A DNA stretch of 64,000 nt from Candidatus Latescibacterota bacterium (GCA_965226795.1 CBDDDZ010000005.1:1248001-1312000), one strand, 5' to 3'; shown: positions 48,772 through 59,461, counted from the stretch's first letter. Translations and numbers: made by a program. The notes: generated by a model from the sequence alone, not told the origin.

Positions 48772-51700
48772 AGCTGATTGAGTTTTCGACCCGCCGTCGG
48801 GTCACGGTAACCATGTTTGTCGTTGCGGCCGTGATTTTCGGTCTGGTTGCGTTCCGGCGGCTTTCTATCAATCTGCTTCCTGATATCACGTATCCCACAC
48901 TGACTGTACGGACCGAATACGAAGGCACGGCGCCGTCGGAATTGGAACGCCTGGTAACGGAACCCGTGGAGGGGGCGGTGGGGGTGGTGACAAATGTAGT
49001 CCGGGTGAGTTCCACGTCACGGCCGGGTGTGTCCGAGGTGGTGGTGGAGTTTTCCTGGGGTACGGACATGGACTTCGCATCTCTCGACATCAGAGAGAAA
49101 CTGGACAGGTTGCAACTTCCGCAGGGGGCGGAAAAACCGGTCTTGCTGCGTTTTGACCCTTCTCTGGATCCGATTATGCGGATTGGGCTCTACGGGCAGG
49201 AGAGCCTGGTCGCCCTTCGTCTATTGGCCGAGGAACATTTCAAGCTGGATCTGGAAAGCCTCGAGGGAGTCGCCGCGGCGCGCGTAAACGGAGGGCTTGA
49301 AGAGGAAATACATATAGAACTGGATGAACCCAGGCTGGCGTCGCTGCGCATCCCGATTCAACAGGTCGTGGGACGCCTGGGTCAGGAGAATGTGAATTTG
49401 ACCGGAGGGCAACTCAAAGATGGCGAGGCGGAGTACGTGGTGCGCACCGTCAATGAGTTTCGTTCGGTACAGGAGATTCAGGACATCGTTGTGGGCGAAC
49501 GGCAGGGCGCCGCGATTGTCCTCTCCGACGTGGGCCGCGTCTTTCGGGGACACAAAGAACGTAAGGTGATTAACCGAATCAATGGTCGCGAGAGCGTGGA
49601 ACTGGCCGTCTACAAGGAGGGCGATGCCAACACCGTGACTGTCGCTGACCATATCACCGAGGCGTTGCAGCGTTTTCAGATAGAGGCTGGTGCGTTGCCG
49701 GGCGGCGCGCAAATAGAGGTGGTTTTCAGCCAGGCGACGTTTATCAGGGCGTCTGTCGCGGAGGTGCTCAACACGGCGATAATGGGGGGCGTGCTGGCGG
49801 TGGTCGTGCTTTATCTGTTTCTGGGCAACCCCGGAAGTACTGCGATTATCAGCCTATCCATTCCGATTTCCGTCGTATCCACATTTCTGCTCATGTTCAG
49901 TTCGGATGTCAGCCTGAATATCATGTCCCTGGGCGGGCTGGCGCTGGGCATCGGGATGCTGGTGGACAACTCCATTGTCGTTCTGGAAAACGTTCAGCGG
50001 TATCGCGAGGAGGGTTTGTCTTCGCTCGAAGCGACTGTGACGGGGGCCAGCGAAGTGGGGAAAGCGGTGGTGGCTTCCACCCTGACCACGATCTGTGTAT
50101 TTGTGCCCATCGTTTTTGTTGAAGGGATCGCTGGTCAGTTGTTCCGAGACCAGGCGTTGACCGTGACGTTCTCCCTGGTGGCTTCGCTGCTGGTCGCGCT
50201 GACCCTGATTCCAATGCTGGCGTCCTTTGACTTTGGCCGGAGCGACGGGGCGGCCGGCGCGGAGCGTCGCCGCCTGCGGCCCCATTCTACCCTGGGCCTT
50301 GCAAAGGGGATCGGTGTCGTCCTGCGCGCAGGATGGGCGTTGGGCAAAGGGGTGGTCGCCCTCCTTTACCCGGTTTTCTGGCTCTTCGAACTGATAATGG
50401 GCAGCACGTATCGATTCTATCCCCGGGTGATCGGCTGGGCGCTGCGACATCGCGCCGCCGTACTCCTTGTCGCGTTTGCGCTTGCGGGGGTATCCGGGTT
50501 GCTTGTCGGCTTCCTGGGAAGCGAGTTGATTCCGGAGATGAGCCAGGGTGAATTCAACATCTCGGTAAAGATGCCGGTGGGTACACCGCTCGTCACTACC
50601 GAACGGACAATACGTGACATGGAACGGATCGTTCAGGCTCAGCCCGAGGTGAAACTGGTTTATAGTGCCGTTGGCTTGAGCGGGTCTTCCGACGGGTCGG
50701 CAGGAGAGGAGCGTGAAAACGTCGGCCAGATTAAGGTGGCGCTCAAAGAGGGTATCATTAGGGCCAGGGAAGACGCGGTGATGGATCGATTGAGGCAGGA
50801 GTTCCGAGGCATACCCGCAGCGGAGTGCAAATTCGCCCGTCCCTCGTTTTTTACGTCCAGGACCCCAGTCGAGGTCGAGATTTCCGGATATAATCTGAGT
50901 ACCCTGAGGACGTTGTCCGACGAGCTTGCACGCAGATTGGAGGACGTTTCGGGGCTTGTCGACGTGAAGACAAGCGCCGAGGGCGGCAATCCCGAGGTGC
51001 AGATCCGCTTCAATCGAAAGTGGGTCGCGCAGATGGGGACAAACATCAACGAGATCGGAAGGCTCGTAAGAAACAAGATCCAGGGTGAGGTGGCTACGGA
51101 GTTTGCTCAGGGCGACAGGAAGGTGGATATTCGCGTGCGTGCGGATGAGCAGTACCGGAGCACGGTGGAGGATCTCAAACGTCTCATTGTGAGTCCGGCC
51201 GGTGCTTCAGTGCCAATTCCCCTTGCCGTAGTTGCCGATCTGTCCGTTAAAATGGGGCCCGCCGAGATCCTGCGGGTGGACCAGGAACGAGTGGCGGTTG
51301 TTTCCGCGAACCTCGAAGGACGCAGCCTGAGCGAGGTGGTGGACGATATTGAGTCCGTGATACGGGACATTGACTTTCCCCCCGACTATCATGTCAAGAT
51401 CGGTGGTCAGAACGAAGAGCGTAAGCGGTCATTCGAAAGTATGCGGCTGGCCATTCTGCTGGCGGTATTCCTGGTCTACCTCGTAATGGCTTCCCAGTTC
51501 GAATCCTTGATCCATCCCTTTGTAATAATGTTTTCAATTCCATTCGGCCTGGTCGGTGTGGTCTGGATGCTATTGGTTACCGGTCAGACGGTGAGCGTGG
51601 TGGTGTTGATCGGGCTGATTATGCTGGCGGGTATCGTCGTGAATAACGCGATTGTGCTGATCGACTACATCAACGTCCTGCGTCGGGAGCGCGGAATGGG

Positions 51701-52034
51701 GAAACTGGAGGCTATTGAACGGGCATGCCAGGTAAGGCTGCGCCCGATTCTGATGACCACGTCAACCACCGTGTTGGGGTTGTTGCCAATGGCCCTTGGG
51801 ATTTTCGATTTCAGGCCTTTTGTGGCGAACATTGAATCCGGCCTCGAAATCGTAATGCCGGGTGGCGCCTTATCGTACGTTATGGGGGCCCTGAACGTTG
51901 TCTTTCCGGTGGGGCAGGGCGCGGAAATTCGTGCGCCGATGGCTATTACCGTAATCGGCGGCCTCGTGATTTCAACACTGGTGACGCTGGTATTGATTCC
52001 CACGCTCTATTCGCTGATCGACCGGAAAGAATAG
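48768..52034 (+). CDS. RND efflux permease, AcrB/AcrD/AcrF family
   Basis: GMLVDNSIVVLEN, GIVVNNAIVL, RLRPILMT. About 1090 aa with two periplasmic loops. Confidence 0.95.
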   Translation: MKLIEFSTRRRVTVTMFVVAAVIFGLVAFRRLSINLLPDITYPTLTVRTEYEGTAPSELERLVTEPVEGAVGVVTNVVRVSSTSRPGVSEVVVEFSWGTDMDFASLDIREKLDRLQLPQGAEKPVLLRFDPSLDPIMRIGLYGQESLVALRLLAEEHFKLDLESLEGVAAARVNGGLEEEIHIELDEPRLASLRIPIQQVVGRLGQENVNLTGGQLKDGEAEYVVRTVNEFRSVQEIQDIVVGERQGAAIVLSDVGRVFRGHKERKVINRINGRESVELAVYKEGDANTVTVADHITEALQRFQIEAGALPGGAQIEVVFSQATFIRASVAEVLNTAIMGGVLAVVVLYLFLGNPGSTAIISLSIPISVVSTFLLMFSSDVSLNIMSLGGLALGIGMLVDNSIVVLENVQRYREEGLSSLEATVTGASEVGKAVVASTLTTICVFVPIVFVEGIAGQLFRDQALTVTFSLVASLLVALTLIPMLASFDFGRSDGAAGAERRRLRPHSTLGLAKGIGVVLRAGWALGKGVVALLYPVFWLFELIMGSTYRFYPRVIGWALRHRAAVLLVAFALAGVSGLLVGFLGSELIPEMSQGEFNISVKMPVGTPLVTTERTIRDMERIVQAQPEVKLVYSAVGLSGSSDGSAGEERENVGQIKVALKEGIIRAREDAVMDRLRQEFRGIPAAECKFARPSFFTSRTPVEVEISGYNLSTLRTLSDELARRLEDVSGLVDVKTSAEGGNPEVQIRFNRKWVAQMGTNINEIGRLVRNKIQGEVATEFAQGDRKVDIRVRADEQYRSTVEDLKRLIVSPAGASVPIPLAVVADLSVKMGPAEILRVDQERVAVVSANLEGRSLSEVVDDIESVIRDIDFPPDYHVKIGGQNEERKRSFESMRLAILLAVFLVYLVMASQFESLIHPFVIMFSIPFGLVGVVWMLLVTGQTVSVVVLIGLIMLAGIVVNNAIVLIDYINVLRRERGMGKLEAIERACQVRLRPILMTTSTTVLGLLPMALGIFDFRPFVANIESGLEIVMPGGALSYVMGALNVVFPVGQGAEIRAPMAITVIGGLVISTLVTLVLIPTLYSLIDRKE

Positions 52035-52064
52035 AAGCAGGATCGCGAGTCGGCAGGAGAGGTT

Positions 52065-52835
52065 ATGGAGCCCGGTCCGGGAACGGATTCACAGGATAAA
52101 GCCTACGCGGAACGCATTCGGTCCAGTTCGCTCTCGGAACTGGAGGATATGTACGCGCACGTGGACCGCGGGGAATATCCGCTCCGGGCGGAAGATTTGC
52201 GGGCGGAGATCAGGAATCGGATAACGGGTCTGGAAAGTTTTCGCAACCGGCAGACCCATCAAATTGTGGTTTGTGCGAGTCTTTTTCGGCGCCTCTGGGC
52301 AAGCCTGATCGATCTTTTCATCCACCTCTTGATCCTGGGTGGGTTGTTTCTGGCAGGACGGTCCCTGTTCCTACTCGTTTTGAGTCTCGGAAACGACGGG
52401 GCGCCGGCTTCCGCCTTCTCCGTTCGCCGTGGTCCGTCGCCGCTGCAGGAATTCGGCGCTGGTCTGCTGGCCGGGGATCCGGCGGCTTGGAAGAACGGGG
52501 AACAGTGGATGCGAGTGGGTCTTTTTACACTATGTTTTTTAAGTTGCAAAGCGCTGCTGATTGTTCCGGCCTGGGGTCGTAAAGGAAGTACGCCGGGCAT
52601 GCGGGAGGCTGGCATCCGGCTCACCCGACGGACAGGGGAACCCATCGGTGTAAGGCGAGCGCTGATCCGGTTCTGGGGACAGTACGTACTTTTCGGGCTG
52701 ACGCTGGGGGTCGGTGCACTATGGATGATCTGGGACAAGCGGAGACAGGCGCTTCACGATAAATTGGCGGACACATGCGTGGTGCGGGAATACCGCACGT
52801 GGGAGAAGACCTACGAAGACCGTGTCTACGATTAG
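52065..52835 (+). CDS. RDD family membrane protein
   Basis: RRLWASLID, GSTPGM, RRALIR, QALHDKLADT. Confidence 0.85.
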   Translation: MEPGPGTDSQDKAYAERIRSSSLSELEDMYAHVDRGEYPLRAEDLRAEIRNRITGLESFRNRQTHQIVVCASLFRRLWASLIDLFIHLLILGGLFLAGRSLFLLVLSLGNDGAPASAFSVRRGPSPLQEFGAGLLAGDPAAWKNGEQWMRVGLFTLCFLSCKALLIVPAWGRKGSTPGMREAGIRLTRRTGEPIGVRRALIRFWGQYVLFGLTLGVGALWMIWDKRRQALHDKLADTCVVREYRTWEKTYEDRVYD

Positions 52836-53128
52836 ACGACCGTGGACGGACGATTTCAGGTTGCCTTTTGTCACCTGTTTTGTTATACTGTTCTAACTTT
52901 TCCTGCACGGTCAGCGCCCAGCTTCCGCACCTGCCTCCCCCCATAATGTCAATTCTCGGCTTTTTCGAAACCCAGGCATTAATCGACCGACCCCGGGTTG
53001 CGACGCCTTTCTCGGCAAGTACCCGTGTCTGAAGAGAATCCTCGAAACTTTTGCGTGATTCATGCTGTCTAAACGTACTGATGGTTCCACGGACGGGAGA
53101 ACGTCTTCCTATTTGCAGGAGTCTGGTT

Positions 53129-53566
53129 ATGCGTAAGCGGGTCCCGCAGGCGATTTGCTGCTTGCTTGCACTTGCGGTCGGCATGACGGCCGAACCGGTT
53201 CAGGCGAAGTCGTTTTTTACCTCCCGGCGGGCATTCGGCGTTCTATTTCTGGGTGGAAGCGCCGTAATGGCCAAGAAAGCCGTTGATTTCCGCCAGGACG
53301 CCAACAGGACCTACGGCGCCTACAGGCTCGCCAGCACATCGGAAGAGGCGGCGCGGTTGTATGACCGGACGGGCGACTACGATACCAAAAGCAAGATGAG
53401 TGTCGGGCTGTCTGTCGTTCTGCTGGCCAGTGGGTTGCGCTTGATTCTCTCGAGCGGAGTGGACGACACCGTTTCAAAGATCCGGACAAAAAAGAGGTTC
53501 AATGTGGATATGAAGAGCGACGTCAACAAGAGAATGGTCAAAGTTGCCGTCAAGAGGCACTTTTAG
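53129..53566 (+). CDS. Hypothetical exported/membrane protein
   Basis: Signal peptide (AxA at VQA), two hydrophobic helices, terminal Phe. RBS AGGAG. Confidence 0.7.
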   Translation: MRKRVPQAICCLLALAVGMTAEPVQAKSFFTSRRAFGVLFLGGSAVMAKKAVDFRQDANRTYGAYRLASTSEEAARLYDRTGDYDTKSKMSVGLSVVLLASGLRLILSSGVDDTVSKIRTKKRFNVDMKSDVNKRMVKVAVKRHF

Positions 53567-53636
53567 CCGAGGGGGCTGGGGCCGTCAGCCGGCGGCCGAC
53601 AAATATCAGTAGCTCTTGTGCATGAAGGAGTGGTTT

Positions 53637-55913
53637 ATGGCGCGCTGGAAATTCAACCCCCTCCGACTGGGGGTTTGGGGTATGCTGGCCATTGTCCTGG
53701 TGGGCGTGGGACGTTGCGGTCGTGAGCGGGAGAATCCGGTCGATCCGAATTTTCTCGGTAGCGAGGCGCTGGACCCGCCCGGGAACATCCGGGCACAGGG
53801 TGACATCGGCCGCATTCTGTTAACCTGGGATGCCGTGAAAATCAATGAGCTGGCTGGGTATGGTGTTTGGCGGGCCGCGTCGGCCACGAGCGAGTATACC
53901 CGTCTGAGCGGCGAATCGAACGATGCGAACGTAACGACCGCTCGTACGGTCTTCGTCGACTCCACCATGGACGTTTCGGCGTTGAGAGTTTATTTCTACA
54001 CAGTCAACACGGTGGATGTCAACGGACAAGCCAGCGAAAGGTCGGCCTTTGTCAGCGCAGAGGTGCGCGAAGACAAAAGGCCGCCGGGGTCGCCTTCGAA
54101 TCTTTCCGCCGTTAGCGACGAAAATACCGGTCACGTGGCGCTTGTCTGGAACGCGCCCAGAGCGGATGAGGGCGACCAGGACCTGACCGGTCTGGACGGT
54201 TACAGGGTTTTCAGGGCAAGAGACACCGAAGACGCTTTTGTTCTGATTGCCACGGTTCCGGCAGCACAAACCACATTTACGGATACGACGCAACTGAAGT
54301 CCGATGTCCGGTATTTCTATCAGATTTCGGCGATCGACCGGTTCGACAACGAAAGCGCGCGTTCCCGCTCCGTGTCGGTTAACGCAGCGGATATCGGAAT
54401 TGCCGCGCCGGGCGGCCTGCGCACCATAAGCAAGGTCGGCAAGATCGAGTTGCAGTGGAACCCGTCAAACGAAGACAATCTTCTGGGTTATCTGGTGTTG
54501 CGGTCGACGTCCACGCAGGCGCCGTTCGAGCCGGTATCGTCGAATATTCCGTTTACCACGGCCCAGACCGTGTATATCGATAGGGATGTGGACGTCGATG
54601 TGGTCTATTTTTACCGTGTCCGGGCGGTCGCACAGGATCCCGAACGTGGTGTTGTTGTCGGCGAAGCGTCTCCCTTTGTCGACGGGCAGGCCGAGGTGGA
54701 TGAAATGCCGCCGGCCGCGCCTTCGGACTTGAGCGTCAGCCTGGATGATGAAGATGCTGGCGTTGTGTTGCTGAGTTGGGCGCCTCCTACGAAAGATCAT
54801 GATGGCGGAGACTTGACAGGGCTTTCCCATTACCGGGTCTTCCGATCCAGGCAGACCGCCAGTTCCTTTGTTGAAATGGCACAGGTTCCAGGAACGCAGA
54901 CCACGTTCCGGGACACTGCGGTGGAGCCGCTAACGCTGTATTATTACACCGTGAACGGAGTTGACTTCGCGAAAAATGGCGGGCCACGGTCCGTACCGCT
55001 ATCCGTCAGCACGCCTGGTCTTGCTACTCCTACCCAGGTTAGGGCTATTGCCGGCAAGGGTAAAGTTACACTCGTCTGGACGCCGAATTCGGAGCCGAAA
55101 CTGAGCGGTTATGAAGTGATGCGCTACAGTGACCCGAGACAGCCGGAAGCTCTCGCTACGTTCGACACCGTGTGGCCAGCCTATGTAGATTCGCCTCTGG
55201 TTGGGGCCCAAACCTATGCATATCGCGTGCGCGCGTTGGGATCGGGCGGACTCAAAAGCCGATTGTCAGATTTCGTCCTGGCTACCGTGTTAGACGACGA
55301 TCTGGCGCCTGCTCCACCGGATTTCCTGTACGCGAAATTGTCGGGTGATACAGTTATTGAGTTGAGCTGGCGCGCTTCCACAACCGATGAAAATGGTTCG
55401 GAACAGACAGGCCTGCATCAGTACAGGATCTACCGGTCGGAGGGGTCAGGATCGGCCGGGTTTGAGTGGATTGCGACAGTCGACTCGACCACTCTGAGTT
55501 ATTTGGACGAAGATCTGGAGACTTCCACGACGTACAACTACCAGGTGCGCGCTATCGACGCCAGTGGAAATGAGAGCGAAGCTTCCAGGACGGTGTCGTT
55601 GCAGACGGGTCCGGACACCAGGGTTGCCAGACCGACCAATGTCGCCGCGGTTGTGCGTCAGCTTCCGGAGGAAGGAACTGTTGTGGTCGTCACGTGGACC
55701 GCGCCTGCGGGTATCACGCGCTTCCGCGTGAATCGCCAGCAGGTAAGCTCATCTTCGAGCGACAGTTTCGAGACCGTCTCTTACAGGCTTAGAGATACCA
55801 AGTATATCGACACCAACGTCGAGTCAGGCGGCACCTATATCTATCGCGTTGTTGCCGTGAAAGGTATCGAAATCAGCCATCCGTCCGACCCGGTGGTTGT
55901 GGCGGTTCCGTAG
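53637..55913 (+). CDS. Fibronectin type III repeat lipoprotein
   Basis: Hydrophobic leader plus Cys (C.RERENPVDP). About 7 FN3 units 'P..L...LxW...GYxVxR...YxD...YxYxV.A'. Confidence 0.85.
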   Translation: MARWKFNPLRLGVWGMLAIVLVGVGRCGRERENPVDPNFLGSEALDPPGNIRAQGDIGRILLTWDAVKINELAGYGVWRAASATSEYTRLSGESNDANVTTARTVFVDSTMDVSALRVYFYTVNTVDVNGQASERSAFVSAEVREDKRPPGSPSNLSAVSDENTGHVALVWNAPRADEGDQDLTGLDGYRVFRARDTEDAFVLIATVPAAQTTFTDTTQLKSDVRYFYQISAIDRFDNESARSRSVSVNAADIGIAAPGGLRTISKVGKIELQWNPSNEDNLLGYLVLRSTSTQAPFEPVSSNIPFTTAQTVYIDRDVDVDVVYFYRVRAVAQDPERGVVVGEASPFVDGQAEVDEMPPAAPSDLSVSLDDEDAGVVLLSWAPPTKDHDGGDLTGLSHYRVFRSRQTASSFVEMAQVPGTQTTFRDTAVEPLTLYYYTVNGVDFAKNGGPRSVPLSVSTPGLATPTQVRAIAGKGKVTLVWTPNSEPKLSGYEVMRYSDPRQPEALATFDTVWPAYVDSPLVGAQTYAYRVRALGSGGLKSRLSDFVLATVLDDDLAPAPPDFLYAKLSGDTVIELSWRASTTDENGSEQTGLHQYRIYRSEGSGSAGFEWIATVDSTTLSYLDEDLETSTTYNYQVRAIDASGNESEASRTVSLQTGPDTRVARPTNVAAVVRQLPEEGTVVVVTWTAPAGITRFRVNRQQVSSSSSDSFETVSYRLRDTKYIDTNVESGGTYIYRVVAVKGIEISHPSDPVVVAVP

Positions 55914-55942
55914 TCTTCTCATCTGATCGTGCAGTTGGCAAA

Positions 55943-55983
55943 CAGCAGAGCGTTGTCCCTTACAGCGCTCTGCTGATTTTTTT
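55943..55983 (+). terminator. Rho-independent terminator
   Basis: CAGCAGAGCG..CGCTCTGCTG stem followed by a T7 run. Confidence 0.85.
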
Positions 55984-56269
55984 GAGGGAGCCGGACAATC
56001 GGAAAGTGGAGATTCACGGTTCCGCGTCACATTTAAGGCGTTCGTATCCCTGCCGTTCGGCACACGTCAGTCCGCAGGTACTCTGTCCTGTATGACCCGA
56101 CAGCCGTACGCTAACGGCGGGATATCGATTCTGTGGAATTTCCACCTTAGTCTCTGTAAAAATAAGACTTGTGGAAATTCCTTCCTCGTCTCCGTCACGT
56201 CGGTACGCGGTCTGCATAGTCACTGGGTGTTCATCGATGGTGTCCCGGTCACAAAATGGAGGACGGTCC

Positions 56270-57592
56270 ATGCAGCGCGTGCTTCTGGTGGATGGCGACA
56301 TACAATTTCGGAAGGAAATGAAAGCCCGTTTGACGCAGCGGGGGGTGAGTGTTGCGTGCGCGGGAACTGCGCGGGAAGGCTTGAAGATGTACAGGCGCGG
56401 CCGCCCGGCATGTGTGATCGCCGAGGCTGACCTCCCGGATGGGGACGGTTTTCCGGTTCTCGAGGAAGCGCACCGGCATACGCCGGTGGTTATGGTAAGC
56501 GAGGGATTTTCCCCGGACCAGGTTTTCTCCGCCATTTCAGGCGGTGCCTATGACTGTTTGTCCAAGCCAGTGGATGATCCGACGTTGGACGGACTATTGC
56601 ATCGGCTGAGCAGTGAGCGGAACCCGATACCTGCGGACGCAGGTCTGATCGAATCCGTCCCATACGTCGACGGCGAGATGGTCGTCGGGCGTTCCCAGAA
56701 GATGATCGAGGCGTTAAAAACGGTGGCAGCGGTAGCGGGCAGTTCGGCTACGGTTCTGGTCTGCGGGGAAAGCGGCACCGGAAAGGAACTGATGGCCAGG
56801 GCGATCCATCGGGCGTCACGCAGACCGGGGGCGTTTGTGGCCGTCAATTGCGTGGCCGTAATGGAAACCCTCACAGAGAGTGAGTTGTTCGGGCATGAAC
56901 GCGGCGCCTTCACGGGCGCTGCCGGCAGACGTGCTGGATGTTTTGAACAGGCCAGCCATGGCACGCTCTTTCTGGACGAGATTGGAGATGCGCTTCCAAC
57001 GTTTCAGGCCAAACTGTTGCGTGTGCTGGACCAGGTTGAATTCTGTCGCGTGGGCGGACAGGAATTGATCCGTCCGGATGTGAGGGTGGTTGCGGCCACG
57101 AACGCCGATCTGGAGCAACTAGTGGCGAAGGGGGAGTTCCGGGCGGACCTCTATTACAGACTCAGCGAAGTGACCGTTCAGTTGCCACCGCTTCGAGATC
57201 GCCTGTCGGATATTCCCTTGCTCGTGGGGCGAATGCTGAGCGAGATCCAGCGCCGCACCGGCCGGAACCTGGCGGGTATTTCTCAGGAAGCCATGCACCG
57301 GCTGATGGTTTACCCGTGGCCTGGAAACGTCAGGGAATTGCAGAATGTGCTGGTCCGGGCGGCGCTCCATTGCCGGGGCCGAACGGTCCAGTGCAATCAC
57401 CTCAAGGGGCTGATATGGGATGAATCGGGCGAAACCGACGATTCGCTGACCCTGGCGGACGTGGAACGCAGACACATCGAGCAGGTTCTGAACGCAACGG
57501 GCTGGAACCGGGGCAGGGCTTGCGAGATTCTGGGCGTATCGCGTCCAACGCTCCGAAGGAAGATCAGAGATTATGGGCTTCTCCGGGGCTGA
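56270..57592 (+). CDS. NtrC/AtoC-family sigma-54 response regulator with atypical receiver domain
   Basis: Receiver-like N-terminus, GESGTGKE, ESELFGHERGAFTGA, LFLDEIG, WPGNVREL, Fis HTH. RBS GGAGG. Confidence 0.92.
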   Translation: MQRVLLVDGDIQFRKEMKARLTQRGVSVACAGTAREGLKMYRRGRPACVIAEADLPDGDGFPVLEEAHRHTPVVMVSEGFSPDQVFSAISGGAYDCLSKPVDDPTLDGLLHRLSSERNPIPADAGLIESVPYVDGEMVVGRSQKMIEALKTVAAVAGSSATVLVCGESGTGKELMARAIHRASRRPGAFVAVNCVAVMETLTESELFGHERGAFTGAAGRRAGCFEQASHGTLFLDEIGDALPTFQAKLLRVLDQVEFCRVGGQELIRPDVRVVAATNADLEQLVAKGEFRADLYYRLSEVTVQLPPLRDRLSDIPLLVGRMLSEIQRRTGRNLAGISQEAMHRLMVYPWPGNVRELQNVLVRAALHCRGRTVQCNHLKGLIWDESGETDDSLTLADVERRHIEQVLNATGWNRGRACEILGVSRPTLRRKIRDYGLLRG

Positions 57593-57746
57593 CGGAGTCG
57601 TCCTGCCGCAATGCACGGTCTAACGGCCCCCTGGCTTTGAACCCGCGCCAACGCGCTTGACATCCCGTGGGATGAGGTGCATGATAATACCGTTTCGGCG
57701 CACGAATCCGTGGATGCTCGTTTTCCTAATTTTGACAGGAGGGTGG

Positions 57747-58934
57747 ATGGGATATCTGGTCGACCTGGTATGTACCCGTTGTGGAGGAACCCACGAAAAG
57801 CACAGACTTTGGAACCTGAGCGCCTGCTGTGAGGCGCCGCTTTTCGCCAGGTACGATTTGGAGAAAGCGTCGAGATCTCTCAATAGAGCGGAATTGGGCG
57901 GGCGGGTGGCGACCATGTGGAGATACGAGGAAGTGTTGCCCGTCGAACGGGCGGCGTGCCGCGTGAGCCTGGGTGAGGGGTTCACGCCACTTTTGAAGGC
58001 AGAGGCGCTGGGGAGGCGGGTTGGTGTGCCCCATCTTTACATAAAGGATGAGGGTGTCAATCCGACAGGATCGTTCAAGGCGCGCGGGTTGTCGGCGGCG
58101 ATTTCCAGGGCGGCCGAATTGGGGGCGTCGGCCGTGGCCATTCCGTCGGCCGGGAATGCCGGGGGGGCGACCGCGGCCTACGCGGCGCGGGCGGCGATGC
58201 CTGCACATATCTTCATGCCAGTGGATGCCCCGGTGGCGAACAGGGTGGAGTGCCAGCAATTGGGCGCGCACCTGACGCTACTGGACGGATTGATTACCGA
58301 TTGCGGGAGGATGGTGACCGAGCAGAAGGTCGATAAGGGCTGGTTCGACGTATCTACGCTAAAGGAGCCGTACCGGGTAGAGGGTAAAAAAACGATGGGA
58401 TATGAACTCGCCGAGCAGTTGGGCTGGGAGTTGCCGGACGTCGTATTCTATCCTACCGGCGGCGGCACGGGTCTGATCGGGATGTGGAAGGCATTTGACG
58501 AAATGGAAGAAATGGGGTGGATCGGCTCTGCACGGCCCAGGATGGTGGCCGTACAGGCCACGGGCTGTGCGCCCATCGTCAGGGCATTTGAGGCGGGCGC
58601 CGAGTCGGCCGATCCGTGGGAAGGAGCCGAAACCATCGCCTCGGGTCTTCGGGTACCGGGTGCAGTGGGCGACTTCTTAATGCTTCGAGCCATTCGGGAA
58701 AGTCGCGGTACGGCTGTCGCCGTCACCGACGAAGCGATAATGGCATGCGTCGAGGAAATGGCTTCGGCAACAGGCATTTTTCCGGCGCCGGAGGGTGCGG
58801 CTACGCTGGCCGGCCTGAAACAGCTCGTCGCTGACGGGTGGATTTCTTCCGGGGATCGGGTCGTGCTGTTCAATACCGGGACCGGGCTGAAATATATCGA
58901 GGCAATTGAAGCGGCAAACTCCGGGCAGGGGTAA
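57747..58934 (+). CDS. thrC: Threonine synthase (PLP, fold type II)
   Basis: N-terminal CxxC..C, SLGEGFTPL, NPTGSFKARG, SAGNAG, EGKKTMG, PTGGGTG, FNTG. Confidence 0.88.
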   Translation: MGYLVDLVCTRCGGTHEKHRLWNLSACCEAPLFARYDLEKASRSLNRAELGGRVATMWRYEEVLPVERAACRVSLGEGFTPLLKAEALGRRVGVPHLYIKDEGVNPTGSFKARGLSAAISRAAELGASAVAIPSAGNAGGATAAYAARAAMPAHIFMPVDAPVANRVECQQLGAHLTLLDGLITDCGRMVTEQKVDKGWFDVSTLKEPYRVEGKKTMGYELAEQLGWELPDVVFYPTGGGTGLIGMWKAFDEMEEMGWIGSARPRMVAVQATGCAPIVRAFEAGAESADPWEGAETIASGLRVPGAVGDFLMLRAIRESRGTAVAVTDEAIMACVEEMASATGIFPAPEGAATLAGLKQLVADGWISSGDRVVLFNTGTGLKYIEAIEAANSGQG

Positions 58935-58967
58935 CGACAAAATCGCACGATAGGAGGTGCCGGGCCG

Positions 58968-59357
58968 ATGCTCAAACGGGAGATCGGGAAATTCCAGAGT
59001 TTCGTTCTTGAGGAAGGGGATACTGTCGTGGTGATGGGAAACCTGAAAGCCCACGCGGAATTCCTCGCACGGCTCGGGTTCAGCCGGCACCCGGAAACGG
59101 GCGAGTATGTAGGCTCGGGCGCCAATCTCTACGCAATGGCGCCGGACGATTTTTACGATAGATTCAGCGCGCGTACCGGCACGGATTCGGAACTGACCGC
59201 GCAGGCTTACGACGGAGAGAATTTCTACCAGATCGACGGACTGCCTCTGGCCGGTGTGAATTCCGACGGCGATCCCTGCATTCAAAGTATTACGGCGGTG
59301 GATCTCGAGACCCGGATCTACATTGAACAAGGCGTGGCGAACTTCAGGGTGGGTTAG
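58968..59357 (+). CDS. Hypothetical protein
   Basis: Strong RBS AGGAGG, 129 aa, coding-like composition. Confidence 0.7.
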   Translation: MLKREIGKFQSFVLEEGDTVVVMGNLKAHAEFLARLGFSRHPETGEYVGSGANLYAMAPDDFYDRFSARTGTDSELTAQAYDGENFYQIDGLPLAGVNSDGDPCIQSITAVDLETRIYIEQGVANFRVG

Positions 59358-59461
59358 GCTCGAGAGCCGTTTGCGGCGCACAACGACGCCGAGACACGCC
59401 GAGTGGCGAAAGTACGCGGAACGCGGCGTGCGCCGGATTTTTTGTCGTCCCGGCAGACGCT

